From positions 90,001 to 122,000 of the forward strand of contig NZ_CP045921.1 of the NCBI RefSeq assembly GCF_025273655.1: a stretch of DNA of 32,000 nucleotides, read 5' to 3'. Below the pieces are notes generated by a model. The model was not told the origin of the DNA. It did not search any database and saw nothing but the letters and a program-made list of their open reading frames with translations. This DNA is from Candidatus Saccharimonadota bacterium (GTDB lineage: Bacteria; Patescibacteriota; Saccharimonadia; Saccharimonadales; Saccharimonadaceae). Positions 14,057 to 23,194 of the stretch are shown piece after piece; within the stretch, counting starts at the first letter, position 1; every line of letters begins with the position of its first letter. Made by a program: the position numbers and the translations under genes.

Positions 14057-16903
14057 ATGGGAGAGCGACGTAAAATCGGACCTTTTAATCAAGCGCCTCG
14101 TCACGGCAGTAGCCAACGTGGTGTGCGACCGACGCCACGACGCACGCGCACATGGGATGAAAGTCGTGCACAAGCAGAGGATGATAAGCGTGCGCTCCTC
14201 GACCACATGAAGCTAGAAGAGATTAAGCGAAGGTATAATGTATTTGGCAACAAAAATCTTCCTGCTATTCATGAGAAGGCGTCGATTATCTCGATGGTGG
14301 GTCAGAATAAGGCATCGATTATCGAAGGCGATACCGGTAGCGGCAAGAGTACGCAGGGGTTACAGTTTCTGTATGAAGCGGGGTACCATGTTATTTCGCT
14401 TGTACCGCGCAAGATCATCGCTGACGGACTGCATGATCGTGTAGTTGAGGAAATGGCTGAGCACCTTGGCCTTGAGGAGGCGACGAAAGCAGTAGGTGTT
14501 CAGCATGGTGATCGCACCGAAGTGCACGATGAAAATCGCATACAAATTATGACGCCAAATACTTTCATCCGCATGGAAGCTGATCTGCGTGAAAAATACC
14601 GTGATGAGAAGGTCGTTGTTATATCCGACGAAATTCATGAGGCGAATCTCTATACAGAACTTGCTACCGGTGTAGCTGCCCAGGCGGTTGATCAATTGGA
14701 CAGTTGGCGCCTTGTCGCTATGAGTGCGACACAAAATAAGGCGTCACTCGAGAAGTCTTTCAGTAGTATCAACGGTGGTGGTGAAGTGCCTAGTGTGGCG
14801 ATTGAGGGACGTCCGTTTGCAGTCAAGATTCATGAGAGACCCGAAGACTCGGTTTATGAGACATATGCATCCTTCGGTGAGCAGCATGAAAAAGCCATGA
14901 TCTTTACCTCTGGTAAGAACGAAATTCAGCATATTATTGACGAAACAATTAAAACGCTGGAGGATGTGGAGCCAGGATCTTCCGCAAAAGTAGAATTCCG
15001 TGTCTTACATGGGGACTTGAGTCCAACGGAGCGGCGACACATTAACGATCCTGTGCCCGAAGGTAAGCGCCTCGTTATTGTGTCGTCACCGGCTGGTATG
15101 TCTGGTATTACTATTCCCGGAGTGACATGCGTAATTTCTGACGGTACTATCAATCGTTCAGAAATCGACGAAGACGAGGTATCTGGCTTGACGCGGCGAT
15201 ATCTTTCGCAAGCCGAAGTGATACAGCAGATGGGTCGTGCAGGCCGAGATGTTGACGGCGGAGTTGGCTATGTTGTCAAGCCGACTGTAATTCACGAGGA
15301 TTATCTACGCGAGCAAGGACGAGATATAGAAGCTGCGTCTATGCCATTTAAATCTATGAAAGAGCGCGATCCATTTGGGCCTCCCGAGATATACAACTCT
15401 CAGCTTGGACAGAGTGCGCTTGCCATTGCTGCACTTGATCGTTCATTTTATGATATCAACGAGTACTTGCCACATCCTGTTGAGCGTTCGGGTATCATCA
15501 GCGCTCAGCAGGGCCTTCATCGCATGGGTGCAATGGCCCCTCATGAGGGTAACGAGGATTTTGTGATTAGTGATATTGGTCGCGAAATGAGTAAGTTTTC
15601 TATGCGCCCGGAGTTATCGCGCGGCATCGTAGAGGCGCAGCGACAGAAACGATCTGCGCTGCAAATGGCTCGTGTTGCTTATATGGCTGCTGCCCTTGAA
15701 GCTGGTGGGGTGCAAGACTTTTCGAAAGATAGTGGTGACGCCTGGAAAAAGCTTGTATCCGAGACTGCGGACGACGACTGGATGGCTCAGTACGATATTT
15801 TGATGTCGCTCCCGTCACACGACGATAAAAATATCGACGAGAAATTTTTGGCCCAACATGACCTCCATTATCGCCGTACGCAGCGTGCGCTCGAAGTGGC
15901 TCGCAAGGCCCTGAAGGTGATTGGTATTCGACGAGAGAACCTCGTCATGACACCTCCCAATCAGGTAGAGAAAACGGAAATTTTACGTGATATGACGGCT
16001 GGCATGACTGACTTTGTCTATGAGAAAACCCACATGTTCAACAAGCGTATGCGTTATCGCAACATTCATGGCGGTCCTGGCTCTACAGAGCGATATATTA
16101 GTGATCGAAGCGTCACCTCTCAACATGAGCATGAGTATGTTATGGGCTTTCCTCGGTGGTTCATGCGACAGCGCTCCCGAGTCAAGCAGGATATTGTTGA
16201 GTTACTGGCGCCTGTGGATACTGCGGTAGTAGGGTATTTTGCTCGTAAGCATGACGTATATGATAGGGTACCTGCTGCGCCAAGAATGGACGGCAGTGTC
16301 GTCAAAGATTACTACCAGCCTGTATTTGGCTCATTACGAATTGGAGCTCCAGAAATCGGGAGCGTGGGCGATGAAATTTCACCAGTCGCACAGGAGCTGC
16401 TTGTAGAGCGTGCGTTAAACCACCAGCGTCGTACGCAGGTAGCGCTCCGAGAGGTGGCGAGCGAACTAAATTGGTTGACGCGAGCGATACCGGCACACAC
16501 CCTAGAGCTGTATAAAAAACCTAACTCTGGAGGATGGCTAACACATGCCAATATAGATGCACAGGTACGACGCTACGCGAAGGTGACAAATAGCGAACAT
16601 GAGCTAGATCGTAAATTGGGTGAGTATTTGTATCATGCAAAAGTGGGTATCGACAGATATTTTACAGAAGAGTCATATGAATATCTCAAATCCCTCGCGC
16701 CGCACGAAAAGACGGCAAGTGACGGGAGTGTGTTTGCCGTCCAGTACGCCACACCAGATCAGCCGTATGTGATAATGACGCGCACCGAACATAGAGACTT
16801 GCTAAAACATACCGATATGCGACTGCCAGATGGGCGCGAAATCCTCGTAAAAGTCCAGTCGCCAGATGAGCAAATCTCATACATCAGTGCAAGTCAGCTG
16901 TAG
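14057..16903 (+). CDS. ATP-dependent DEAH/RHA-family helicase (HrpA/HrpB-like)
   Basis: 'GDTGSGKSTQ' (motif I), 'DEIHE' (motif II), 'MSATQ' (motif III), 'SSPAGMSGITIPGV' (motif V), 'QQMGRAGR' (motif VI). HA2-like segments follow: 'PPEIYNSQL...', 'ISDIGREMSKFSMRPELSRGIVEA'. ATG 14057 is in frame with the listed TTG at 14048. Confidence 0.85.
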   Translation: MGERRKIGPFNQAPRHGSSQRGVRPTPRRTRTWDESRAQAEDDKRALLDHMKLEEIKRRYNVFGNKNLPAIHEKASIISMVGQNKASIIEGDTGSGKSTQGLQFLYEAGYHVISLVPRKIIADGLHDRVVEEMAEHLGLEEATKAVGVQHGDRTEVHDENRIQIMTPNTFIRMEADLREKYRDEKVVVISDEIHEANLYTELATGVAAQAVDQLDSWRLVAMSATQNKASLEKSFSSINGGGEVPSVAIEGRPFAVKIHERPEDSVYETYASFGEQHEKAMIFTSGKNEIQHIIDETIKTLEDVEPGSSAKVEFRVLHGDLSPTERRHINDPVPEGKRLVIVSSPAGMSGITIPGVTCVISDGTINRSEIDEDEVSGLTRRYLSQAEVIQQMGRAGRDVDGGVGYVVKPTVIHEDYLREQGRDIEAASMPFKSMKERDPFGPPEIYNSQLGQSALAIAALDRSFYDINEYLPHPVERSGIISAQQGLHRMGAMAPHEGNEDFVISDIGREMSKFSMRPELSRGIVEAQRQKRSALQMARVAYMAAALEAGGVQDFSKDSGDAWKKLVSETADDDWMAQYDILMSLPSHDDKNIDEKFLAQHDLHYRRTQRALEVARKALKVIGIRRENLVMTPPNQVEKTEILRDMTAGMTDFVYEKTHMFNKRMRYRNIHGGPGSTERYISDRSVTSQHEHEYVMGFPRWFMRQRSRVKQDIVELLAPVDTAVVGYFARKHDVYDRVPAAPRMDGSVVKDYYQPVFGSLRIGAPEIGSVGDEISPVAQELLVERALNHQRRTQVALREVASELNWLTRAIPAHTLELYKKPNSGGWLTHANIDAQVRRYAKVTNSEHELDRKLGEYLYHAKVGIDRYFTEESYEYLKSLAPHEKTASDGSVFAVQYATPDQPYVIMTRTEHRDLLKHTDMRLPDGREILVKVQSPDEQISYISASQL

Positions 16904-16905
16904 TA

Positions 16906-16911
16906 TATACT
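16906..16911 (+). promoter_or_regulatory. -10 box TATACT, 6 nt upstream of the msrB ATG (leaderless-type)
   Basis: The sequence reads tagtaTATACTaaatatATG, directly after the helicase stop. Confidence 0.4.
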
Positions 16912-16917
16912 AAATAT

Positions 16918-17322
16918 ATGATTGATAAGACCGACAGTGAATGGCAAGACGAACTCACTCCAGAGCAGTATCATGTGCTGCGCGAGAAAGGTACAGAGGT
17001 GCCATTTAGTGGTGAGTATGATAGTGTGTTCGATCCGGGCACATATACGTGTGCAGCGTGTGGCGCGGAGCTATTCGAAAGCGGCACGAAGTTTGACGCC
17101 CACTGCGGTTGGCCAAGCTTTTACGATGCCAAGCCCGGAGCCGTGGTAATGACATCTGACGATTCGCTTGGTATGGCGCGTACGGAAGTGACCTGCGCAA
17201 ACTGCGGCGGCCATTTGGGGCATGTGTTCGAGGGTGAGGGCTTGGGCGTACCAACCGATCAGCGGTATTGTATAAACTCTCTGTCACTCAAATTCAACCC
17301 AGATACCCCGCTCCAAAACTAA
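16918..17322 (+). CDS. msrB: Peptide-methionine (R)-S-oxide reductase
   Basis: Two CxxC zinc motifs ('CAACGAELF', 'CANCGGHLGHVF'), 'GWPSF', and the catalytic 'RYCINS'. Confidence 0.95.
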   Translation: MIDKTDSEWQDELTPEQYHVLREKGTEVPFSGEYDSVFDPGTYTCAACGAELFESGTKFDAHCGWPSFYDAKPGAVVMTSDDSLGMARTEVTCANCGGHLGHVFEGEGLGVPTDQRYCINSLSLKFNPDTPLQN

Positions 17323-17327
17323 TCCTG

Positions 17328-17333
17328 TATACT
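17328..17333 (+). promoter_or_regulatory. -10 box TATACT, 7 nt upstream of the orn ATG (leaderless-type)
   Basis: The sequence reads cctgTATACTagaacatATG. Confidence 0.4.
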
Positions 17334-17340
17334 AGAACAT

Positions 17341-17877
17341 ATGAGCAAAAAAGCAACACTCCTCTGGATGGATCTGGAGATGACTGGGCTGGACCCAGTA
17401 GAAGACCGCATACTCGAGGTCGCAGTGATCGCGACGGATTGGGATATGAAGGAAATCGCTACCTACGAAGCAGTAAAAAAAGTTGGACCGAATCTGATGA
17501 AGCAACGCATGGTAGGCGAATTTTGGGACAAGTATGCGAACGTGCGTGACGCGCTGATGGCGCAAAACAACGACGGCGAAAACGGTCGCACAGTAGAAAA
17601 TGAACTGCTGGAGTTTGTGGCGGAGCACTTCGACACCGACAAGCCGGTTATTTTGGCTGGCAACTCGATCCACCAAGACCGCAAGTTCCTAGACAACGAA
17701 TGGCCGCGTCTCAGCGAGAAACTGCACTATCGTATGCTGGATGTTACTGCTTGGAAAGTCGTGATGGAAGGCAAATACAAAAAGAAGTTTGCTAAGCCGG
17801 AGCAGCACCGAGCACTCGAAGATATTCGCGGGAGCATTGAGGAGCTGACATATTACCTCGGAAAGGTAAAAGTATGA
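17341..17877 (+). CDS. orn: Oligoribonuclease (DEDDh 3'-5' exonuclease)
   Basis: 'LLWMDLEMTGLDPVEDRILEVA' (Exo I), 'GNSIHQDRKFL' (Exo II), 'HRALEDIRGSIEEL' (Exo III). It is collinear with E. coli Orn. Confidence 0.9.
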   Translation: MSKKATLLWMDLEMTGLDPVEDRILEVAVIATDWDMKEIATYEAVKKVGPNLMKQRMVGEFWDKYANVRDALMAQNNDGENGRTVENELLEFVAEHFDTDKPVILAGNSIHQDRKFLDNEWPRLSEKLHYRMLDVTAWKVVMEGKYKKKFAKPEQHRALEDIRGSIEELTYYLGKVKV

Positions 17878-18218
17878 CCCACAAAGAATTTGAAGACTAT
17901 CTATTGCAGTTTGCCGACGTCTGGCTGGACTATCCGTTTGGTGAGGGCACGGCAGTGTATAAATATGGGGAAAAGCCTGAGGGTAAGATTGTAGCTATCG
18001 TGACCGAGGGCAGCAAGCCTTTGCGAGTGAGCCTGAAATGTGACCCACAGCTAGCGGTAAACCTACGCGAGAAATACGAGACAGTACTGCCGGGCTATCA
18101 TCTGAACAAAAAGCACTGGAACACGATTATTTGCTCGGGACAGCTGCCGGACGACGAGATTCATGACCTGATGCGGCTGAGCTATTTACTGGTGAGCGGC
18201 AAAGAAGTAGCGAACTAG
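17874..18218 (+). CDS. MmcQ/YjbR-family protein
   Basis: 'SLKCDPQLAVNLREKYETVLPGYHLNKKHWNTIICSGQLPDDEIHDLMRLSY' aligns closely with E. coli YjbR ('SLKTSPELAELLRQQH...RHLNKAHWSTVYLDGSLPDSQIYYLVDASY'). Its start overlaps the orn stop (ATGA). Confidence 0.85.
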   Translation: MTHKEFEDYLLQFADVWLDYPFGEGTAVYKYGEKPEGKIVAIVTEGSKPLRVSLKCDPQLAVNLREKYETVLPGYHLNKKHWNTIICSGQLPDDEIHDLMRLSYLLVSGKEVAN

Positions 18219-19159
18219 TAGAGATTAGCTTCGTCGGAGTTCTGGTATTCTTCAATTGACTTCTGGATAGTTTGGAAATTCGGTTCGTTTTTGGCGATGA
18301 ATTCTTGCATGGACTTGCGAGAGTTGCGTTTTTTGATACTTTCCATGTAGGTGATGATGTATTTGGTTTTGGTGTCCATTTCGTTAGCGTAGACACGGTC
18401 GTAGGTACTGTTGAGGCGAGCGTCTTCTAGATTGGTAACGAGCTTGTCGTCGTGATACGGTGCTTTCTTTGCGGCAGATTTGAGGTTGGAGGCATTTTGC
18501 CCCATGTTAGTAAGCGGTGTCTCCATGTCGCGAGCTGCGTTGACGAGGCTGGTACGCAGGTTGCTGTTGATGGCGACGAGTTTGCTGTTTTTGATGAGCT
18601 TGCCAGACCTTAGAGTGCTGGCTTCTGTGTCGACAAGGGTGGTATAGAGCTTGACTTCGCTTGCGACAGATGTCGTCTTTTTGCCGCCAGCGAGAAACAA
18701 GACTGCTGCGAGTAGGAGCGCGATAACGATGCCAATGCCTGCAATGATGAATTTTTTGTCGAGGGGCTGTTTGCTAGGTGTGGCCATCTGATTGAGGTAG
18801 TCTACTGAGTATTGGCCGTTGATAATCTGGCCTTGGGCACCGGGCGCTTGCTGAGTTTGACCCTGCGCGGCAGTGGCCGCTTGGACATAGGAGCTGGCGT
18901 CGGCCGGGCGGTCGGCTGCTGGGTCGGGTGCGGGAGTGTACCACTGGGCTGGACTGGGTGCGGCTTGTGGTTGGTAGGGTTGCTGGGGTGCGTTGTACTG
19001 AGGCGCCGAGGGAGTGTACTGTGTCTGGGGTTGCGCTGACTGGGCGCCGAGGAATTGGTCTGGTGCAGGACTGGGTGCGCCAAATTGAGGCTGCGTGGGT
19101 GGCGTCTCGAGAGGGTAGCCGCCAGGAGCAGCGGGAGGTGGTGTTTGTTGTGGATCCAT
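18215..19159 (-). CDS. Hypothetical single-pass membrane protein with a roughly 130-aa Pro/Gln-rich N-terminal region
   Basis: The low-complexity P/Q/A N-terminus is followed by the TM segment 'FIIAGIGIVIALLLAAVLFLAGG' and a roughly 155-aa C-terminal domain. The 3' end overlaps the YjbR-like gene by 4 nt (CTAG). Confidence 0.7.
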   Translation of the reverse strand: MDPQQTPPPAAPGGYPLETPPTQPQFGAPSPAPDQFLGAQSAQPQTQYTPSAPQYNAPQQPYQPQAAPSPAQWYTPAPDPAADRPADASSYVQAATAAQGQTQQAPGAQGQIINGQYSVDYLNQMATPSKQPLDKKFIIAGIGIVIALLLAAVLFLAGGKKTTSVASEVKLYTTLVDTEASTLRSGKLIKNSKLVAINSNLRTSLVNAARDMETPLTNMGQNASNLKSAAKKAPYHDDKLVTNLEDARLNSTYDRVYANEMDTKTKYIITYMESIKKRNSRKSMQEFIAKNEPNFQTIQKSIEEYQNSDEANLY

Positions 19160-19205
19160 TTGCCTCTATTTAACCATAAGCACTAGAGGTAGACAAGGGG
19201 TAAGA

Positions 19206-19214
19206 TGCTATACT
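19206..19214 (+). promoter_or_regulatory. Extended -10 element TGcTATACT, 7 nt upstream of the dnaG ATG (leaderless-type)
   Basis: The sequence reads gaTGcTATACTagaagcaATG. Confidence 0.5.
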
Positions 19215-19221
19215 AGAAGCA

Positions 19222-20958
19222 ATGCAGGATGCGAAGGAAGAAGTACGGGCTCGGCTGGCGATAGAAGACGTCATAGGCGAGTATGTGGAGCTTAAGCGAG
19301 CGGGGCGCAGTTTCAAGGGACTGAGCCCGTTTAGTGGTGAGCGGACGCCGAGCTTCTTTGTGTCGCCAGAGAAGAACATCTGGCATGATTTTTCGAGTAA
19401 CAAAGGTGGTGACGTGTTTAGCTTTGTGATGGAGGCAGAAGGCTTGGATTTCAAAGGTGCGCTGGAGCTACTAGCTCGCAAGGCAAATGTGGATCTGAGT
19501 CTGTACCAGAACGACAAAGCGCGTGATATCGCGGCCAAGAAAAAGCGGCTACGCGCGGCAAACGAAGCGGCGGCGCATTTCTTCCAGCACAGCATGCTTC
19601 AGAATCAACATGCGGTCGAGTACGTGTTCAAAAAGCGCGCGATCAATAGAGAGACGGCGGCAGCGTTTCGTCTGGGCTACGCACCCGAGGGTGGTGATAT
19701 GCTGGTGAAATATCTGACAAACAAAGGATTTACCCGCAAGGAATTGCAAGATGCTGGCTTGACCAACCGTTTCGGTGGCGACTTGTTCAAAGGCCGCATG
19801 ATGGTGCCGCTTATGGACGGCGCGGGTGAGGTAATCGGCTTTACTGGGCGCATTATCCGTGACGATCCGAAAGCGCCGAAATACCTGAACACACCCGCTA
19901 CATTGCTATATGACAAGAGCTGGCATGTATTTGGTCTTTCGCAGGCTAAAGAGGCGATGCGTACTCGTGACTATGTAGTAGTAGTAGAGGGAAATCTCGA
20001 TGTGGTAAGTAGCTGGCAGGCAGGTGTGAAGCAAGTGGTTGCCACGGCAGGCACAGCTATGACGCTGCATCATCTCAAGACGATGGGGCGACTGACGGGC
20101 AATATCCGCCTGAGTTTTGACGGAGATAAAGCGGGAATTGCTGCGACCGAGCGGGCTATACCGATTGCCGAAGAGGCTGGCGTGAGTCTGACGATCATTA
20201 GTTTGCCAGACGGCGCCAAAGATCCCGACGAACTTATCCAACAAAGCGTGGCGAGCTGGCAGGCGGCGATTGATACGGCTGAGCCGGTGGTGGACTGGAT
20301 ACTGCGTCAGTACAGTACACGGCACGATGTGAGCACAGCGGCTGGCAAACGTGCGTTTACTACGGCCGCGCTGGAGGTGACAAAAGCCCTCAAAGACCCG
20401 GTTGAGCAAGAGCATTATTTGCAGAAGATTGCCGAAGTAAGCAATACGACACTTGAGACACTACAGCGTAAAATGTCGACCCGAGAGGAACCAGACAAGC
20501 AGTACAAAAAAGTAGCGCATGTAGATACGTCAAACGACGAATCACGGTACGCACATCATGACAGCGTGCTTGCGCTTGGGCTGGTGGATTCGGCGCTGCA
20601 TGAATTGTTTGCAAACACCGAATCAGCGCTTTTTGTGGGAGAGAAACGCCAGGCCGTGGCCGCGTACCTGCGCACTTCACATGGCGCCCTACAAGATACA
20701 CCTGAAGAATTGCAAAAATACGACGAGTATGTAAAAATATTATTACTACGGGCCGATGCACGATACGCCGGGTGGACCGACACAGACAGGTTCCACGAAG
20801 CCGCGCGCTTGCTCCGCCGCATAAAGGATGAACACAAGAAACAGCAAAAACAACAGCTCACCGACCAGTTACGCGACGCCGAGGCTAGTGGCGACGAGAC
20901 GCGTGTTCGTGAGCTCATGCAAGCCATCCAAACCCTAAACAAGGAGATTCATTCATGA
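19222..20958 (+). CDS. dnaG: DNA primase (zinc-ribbon region lacks the four Zn ligands)
   Basis: The N-terminal '[36 protein letters not shown]' is collinear with CPFHxEKTPSFxVxxxKxxxHCFGCGxxGdxxxF. The TOPRIM domain shows '[11 protein letters not shown]' and 'LSFDGDKAG'. Confidence 0.9.
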   Translation: MQDAKEEVRARLAIEDVIGEYVELKRAGRSFKGLSPFSGERTPSFFVSPEKNIWHDFSSNKGGDVFSFVMEAEGLDFKGALELLARKANVDLSLYQNDKARDIAAKKKRLRAANEAAAHFFQHSMLQNQHAVEYVFKKRAINRETAAAFRLGYAPEGGDMLVKYLTNKGFTRKELQDAGLTNRFGGDLFKGRMMVPLMDGAGEVIGFTGRIIRDDPKAPKYLNTPATLLYDKSWHVFGLSQAKEAMRTRDYVVVVEGNLDVVSSWQAGVKQVVATAGTAMTLHHLKTMGRLTGNIRLSFDGDKAGIAATERAIPIAEEAGVSLTIISLPDGAKDPDELIQQSVASWQAAIDTAEPVVDWILRQYSTRHDVSTAAGKRAFTTAALEVTKALKDPVEQEHYLQKIAEVSNTTLETLQRKMSTREEPDKQYKKVAHVDTSNDESRYAHHDSVLALGLVDSALHELFANTESALFVGEKRQAVAAYLRTSHGALQDTPEELQKYDEYVKILLLRADARYAGWTDTDRFHEAARLLRRIKDEHKKQQKQQLTDQLRDAEASGDETRVRELMQAIQTLNKEIHS

Positions 20959-22040
20959 GTGATGATGTGACAAAGCCTATTGATGATGAAGAAACAGTAG
21001 TGGACGCAAGCGGCGGTGTGCCGGTGAGCGAGTTCGACGAACCAAACCCCGATGAGTTGCTCGACGAAGAGGAGATGGACGAAGAAACACTCAACGGCCA
21101 GTACTTGGACGATGTGAGTGACGACTCGGTACGACTGTATCTACGCGAAATTGGTAAAATCCCACTGCTCAACGCCGAAGAAGAGTTGGCGCTGGCGCAG
21201 GAAATTGTCGCCAATCGCGAAGAGCTCGATGAGCTAACTGCAAAGCTTGACGACGAGGAGTTGTCTGCGGCCGAACGTAGCAAACTCAAAAGTCGTATCG
21301 CGAAGCTTGCTAAGCCAAAAGACAAGATGGCAGAGGCTAACATGCGTCTGGTAGTGAGTATTGCCAAGCGTTATAGCGGTCGTGGACTCGACTTCCTAGA
21401 CCTCATTCAAGAGGGTAATACTGGCTTGCTGCGTGCGGTCGAGAAATTCGATCCGGACAAAGGTTTCAAGTTTAGCACCTATGCTACATGGTGGATTCGC
21501 CAGGCGATTACTCGTGCTATCGCGGACCAGGCGCGTGTGATCCGTATCCCTGTGCACATGGTGGAGACGATCAACAAGCTGCTGCGTACCCAGCGCCGCA
21601 TGACACAGGAGCTCAACCGCGAGCCGACCATGGAAGAGCTGAGCAAAGAGCTCGACATGGAGCCGTCGAAGATCGAATATGTCATGAAAATCAAACAAGA
21701 CATCCATTCACTGGATGCCGGTGTGGGTCGCGACGGTGACGAAGAAGACAGTGTGTTGGGTGACTTTATCGAAGACGAAGATAGCGCTACGCCCGAAGAA
21801 TCGGCGTCGAATCAGCTACTGAAGGAACAGGTGCAGGCTGTCTTGTCGACCCTGAGTGACCGCGAGCAGAAGATCGTGCGCATGCGCTTCGGCCTCGACA
21901 ACGGTAAGAGTCATACACTCGAAGAAGTCGGCCAGGAATTCGCCGTGACACGTGAGCGCATCCGTCAGATTGAAGCGAAGGCGCTCGCCAAACTGCGCAA
22001 GCATAAAGACGCCAAGAAACTGCACGAGTATCTGGGCTAA
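20955..22040 (+). CDS. rpoD: Primary (group 1) RNA polymerase sigma factor
   Basis: Acidic N-terminus; '[16 protein letters not shown]' (region 1.2); '[13 protein letters not shown]...[44 protein letters not shown]' (region 2); '[24 protein letters not shown]' (region 4.2). AAGGAG SD; the start overlaps the dnaG stop (ATGA). Confidence 0.95.
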   Translation: MSDDVTKPIDDEETVVDASGGVPVSEFDEPNPDELLDEEEMDEETLNGQYLDDVSDDSVRLYLREIGKIPLLNAEEELALAQEIVANREELDELTAKLDDEELSAAERSKLKSRIAKLAKPKDKMAEANMRLVVSIAKRYSGRGLDFLDLIQEGNTGLLRAVEKFDPDKGFKFSTYATWWIRQAITRAIADQARVIRIPVHMVETINKLLRTQRRMTQELNREPTMEELSKELDMEPSKIEYVMKIKQDIHSLDAGVGRDGDEEDSVLGDFIEDEDSATPEESASNQLLKEQVQAVLSTLSDREQKIVRMRFGLDNGKSHTLEEVGQEFAVTRERIRQIEAKALAKLRKHKDAKKLHEYLG

Positions 22041-22606
22041 TGAAGCTTCCTCGAATTGTCGGTGTTGCAGGCACAAACGCATCGGGTAAAGATACGCTCG
22101 GTCATCTGCTCGCTGAGCGTGGCTATACGACGATTAGTCTGAGTGACATCTTGCGCCACGATCTCGATGAGCAGGGATTACCGCATACGCGCGAGAACCT
22201 GAGTCATCAGAGTAAGAAGATTCGCGATGCGCACGGCGATGGCGGTATGTCAAAACGTGCAATTGATATGCATTACGATAAAGATGGTCTATGTATCACA
22301 AGCATTCGTACCCCTGGTGAAGCAGAAATGATACAGCAACACGGCGGCGTAATTATCTGGATCGACGCTGATCGGCGCGTACGGTATGACCGTATCATGC
22401 GTGCTCACCGTGGTCGCCTGGAAGATCAGGTAACGTTTGAGCAGTTTGCCGAGCAAGAAGATGCCGAAATGACACCGAGTGAGCAGGGCGGCGGTCTGAA
22501 TATGGGCGGCGTCAAAGCGCTAGCAGATGTATATATCGACAATACGTTCGAAGACGTCGATTCGTATAGTCGACACTTGATCGAGCAATTGGAACTTAGT
22601 GCGTAA
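22040..22606 (+). CDS. P-loop nucleotide/nucleoside (dNMP- or dephospho-CoA-kinase-like) kinase family protein
   Basis: Walker A 'GVAGTNASGKDT' at the N-terminus. An Arg-rich lid-like segment reads 'RRVRYDRIMRAHRGR'. The start overlaps the rpoD stop (TAATG). The substrate cannot be assigned by eye. Confidence 0.6.
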   Translation: MKLPRIVGVAGTNASGKDTLGHLLAERGYTTISLSDILRHDLDEQGLPHTRENLSHQSKKIRDAHGDGGMSKRAIDMHYDKDGLCITSIRTPGEAEMIQQHGGVIIWIDADRRVRYDRIMRAHRGRLEDQVTFEQFAEQEDAEMTPSEQGGGLNMGGVKALADVYIDNTFEDVDSYSRHLIEQLELSA

Positions 22607-23171
22607 AATCTAAATCTACGATAAGTTTGTCGAGCTTGTCGTAGAGCGACTCTTTCGCACCATCATTGACAAGATACTGGTCGGCCAGAGCAATCGGCGC
22701 GGCCTTATCTTCATGTTCGGATTCGGCGATATCGCGGGCGATAGCTTCAGTGCGGGTGAGCGGGTGGTCGGCTCGTTTTTCGAGACGCTGGTAGCGCAGA
22801 TGCTTCGGCGCCACGATAGCTACCGTGGTGACGCTACCTGGAAACGCTGCCATGAGCGCACGGTATTCTTCTAGCGAGCTGGAGCCGTCGGTGACGATAC
22901 GGTGCTGACCGGACTCGATGAGTTTGCGAAAGTGCGGCAGGGTGTGTTGCTCGATGAATTGGGCGTGGCCTTGTGACAGGAGGTGGGTGATGAAGCTACG
23001 CTCATTTGCCTCGGTCGGCTCGATATCTGCTCGTTCCATACTCTGGCGGATGATGTCACCGAAAGAGACTTTTGGAATATGCTTGGCGGTCATATATTCG
23101 GTAGCTGTTGTTTTACCAGCGCCCGCCAGGCCGACAAAAGAGATTATTTTGACATTTACGTGTTCGCTCAT
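22596..23171 (-). CDS. P-loop nucleotide kinase family protein (paralogous in layout to the 22040 gene)
   Basis: Walker A 'GLAGAGKTT'. 'VSFGDIIR' parallels 'ISLSDILR' in the convergent neighbour. The 3' ends overlap by 11 nt. Confidence 0.6.
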   Translation of the reverse strand: MSEHVNVKIISFVGLAGAGKTTATEYMTAKHIPKVSFGDIIRQSMERADIEPTEANERSFITHLLSQGHAQFIEQHTLPHFRKLIESGQHRIVTDGSSSLEEYRALMAAFPGSVTTVAIVAPKHLRYQRLEKRADHPLTRTEAIARDIAESEHEDKAAPIALADQYLVNDGAKESLYDKLDKLIVDLDFTH

Positions 23172-23177
23172 ATTTTC

Positions 23178-23186
23178 ATTGTAGCA
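23178..23186 (-). promoter_or_regulatory. Extended -10 element TGcTACAAT, 6 nt upstream of the ATG at 23171 (leaderless-type)
   Basis: The reverse complement reads TGCTACAATgaaaatATG. It lies between the stop of the upstream 427-aa gene (23195) and the kinase start. Confidence 0.45.
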
Positions 23187-23194
23187 AAAATATC

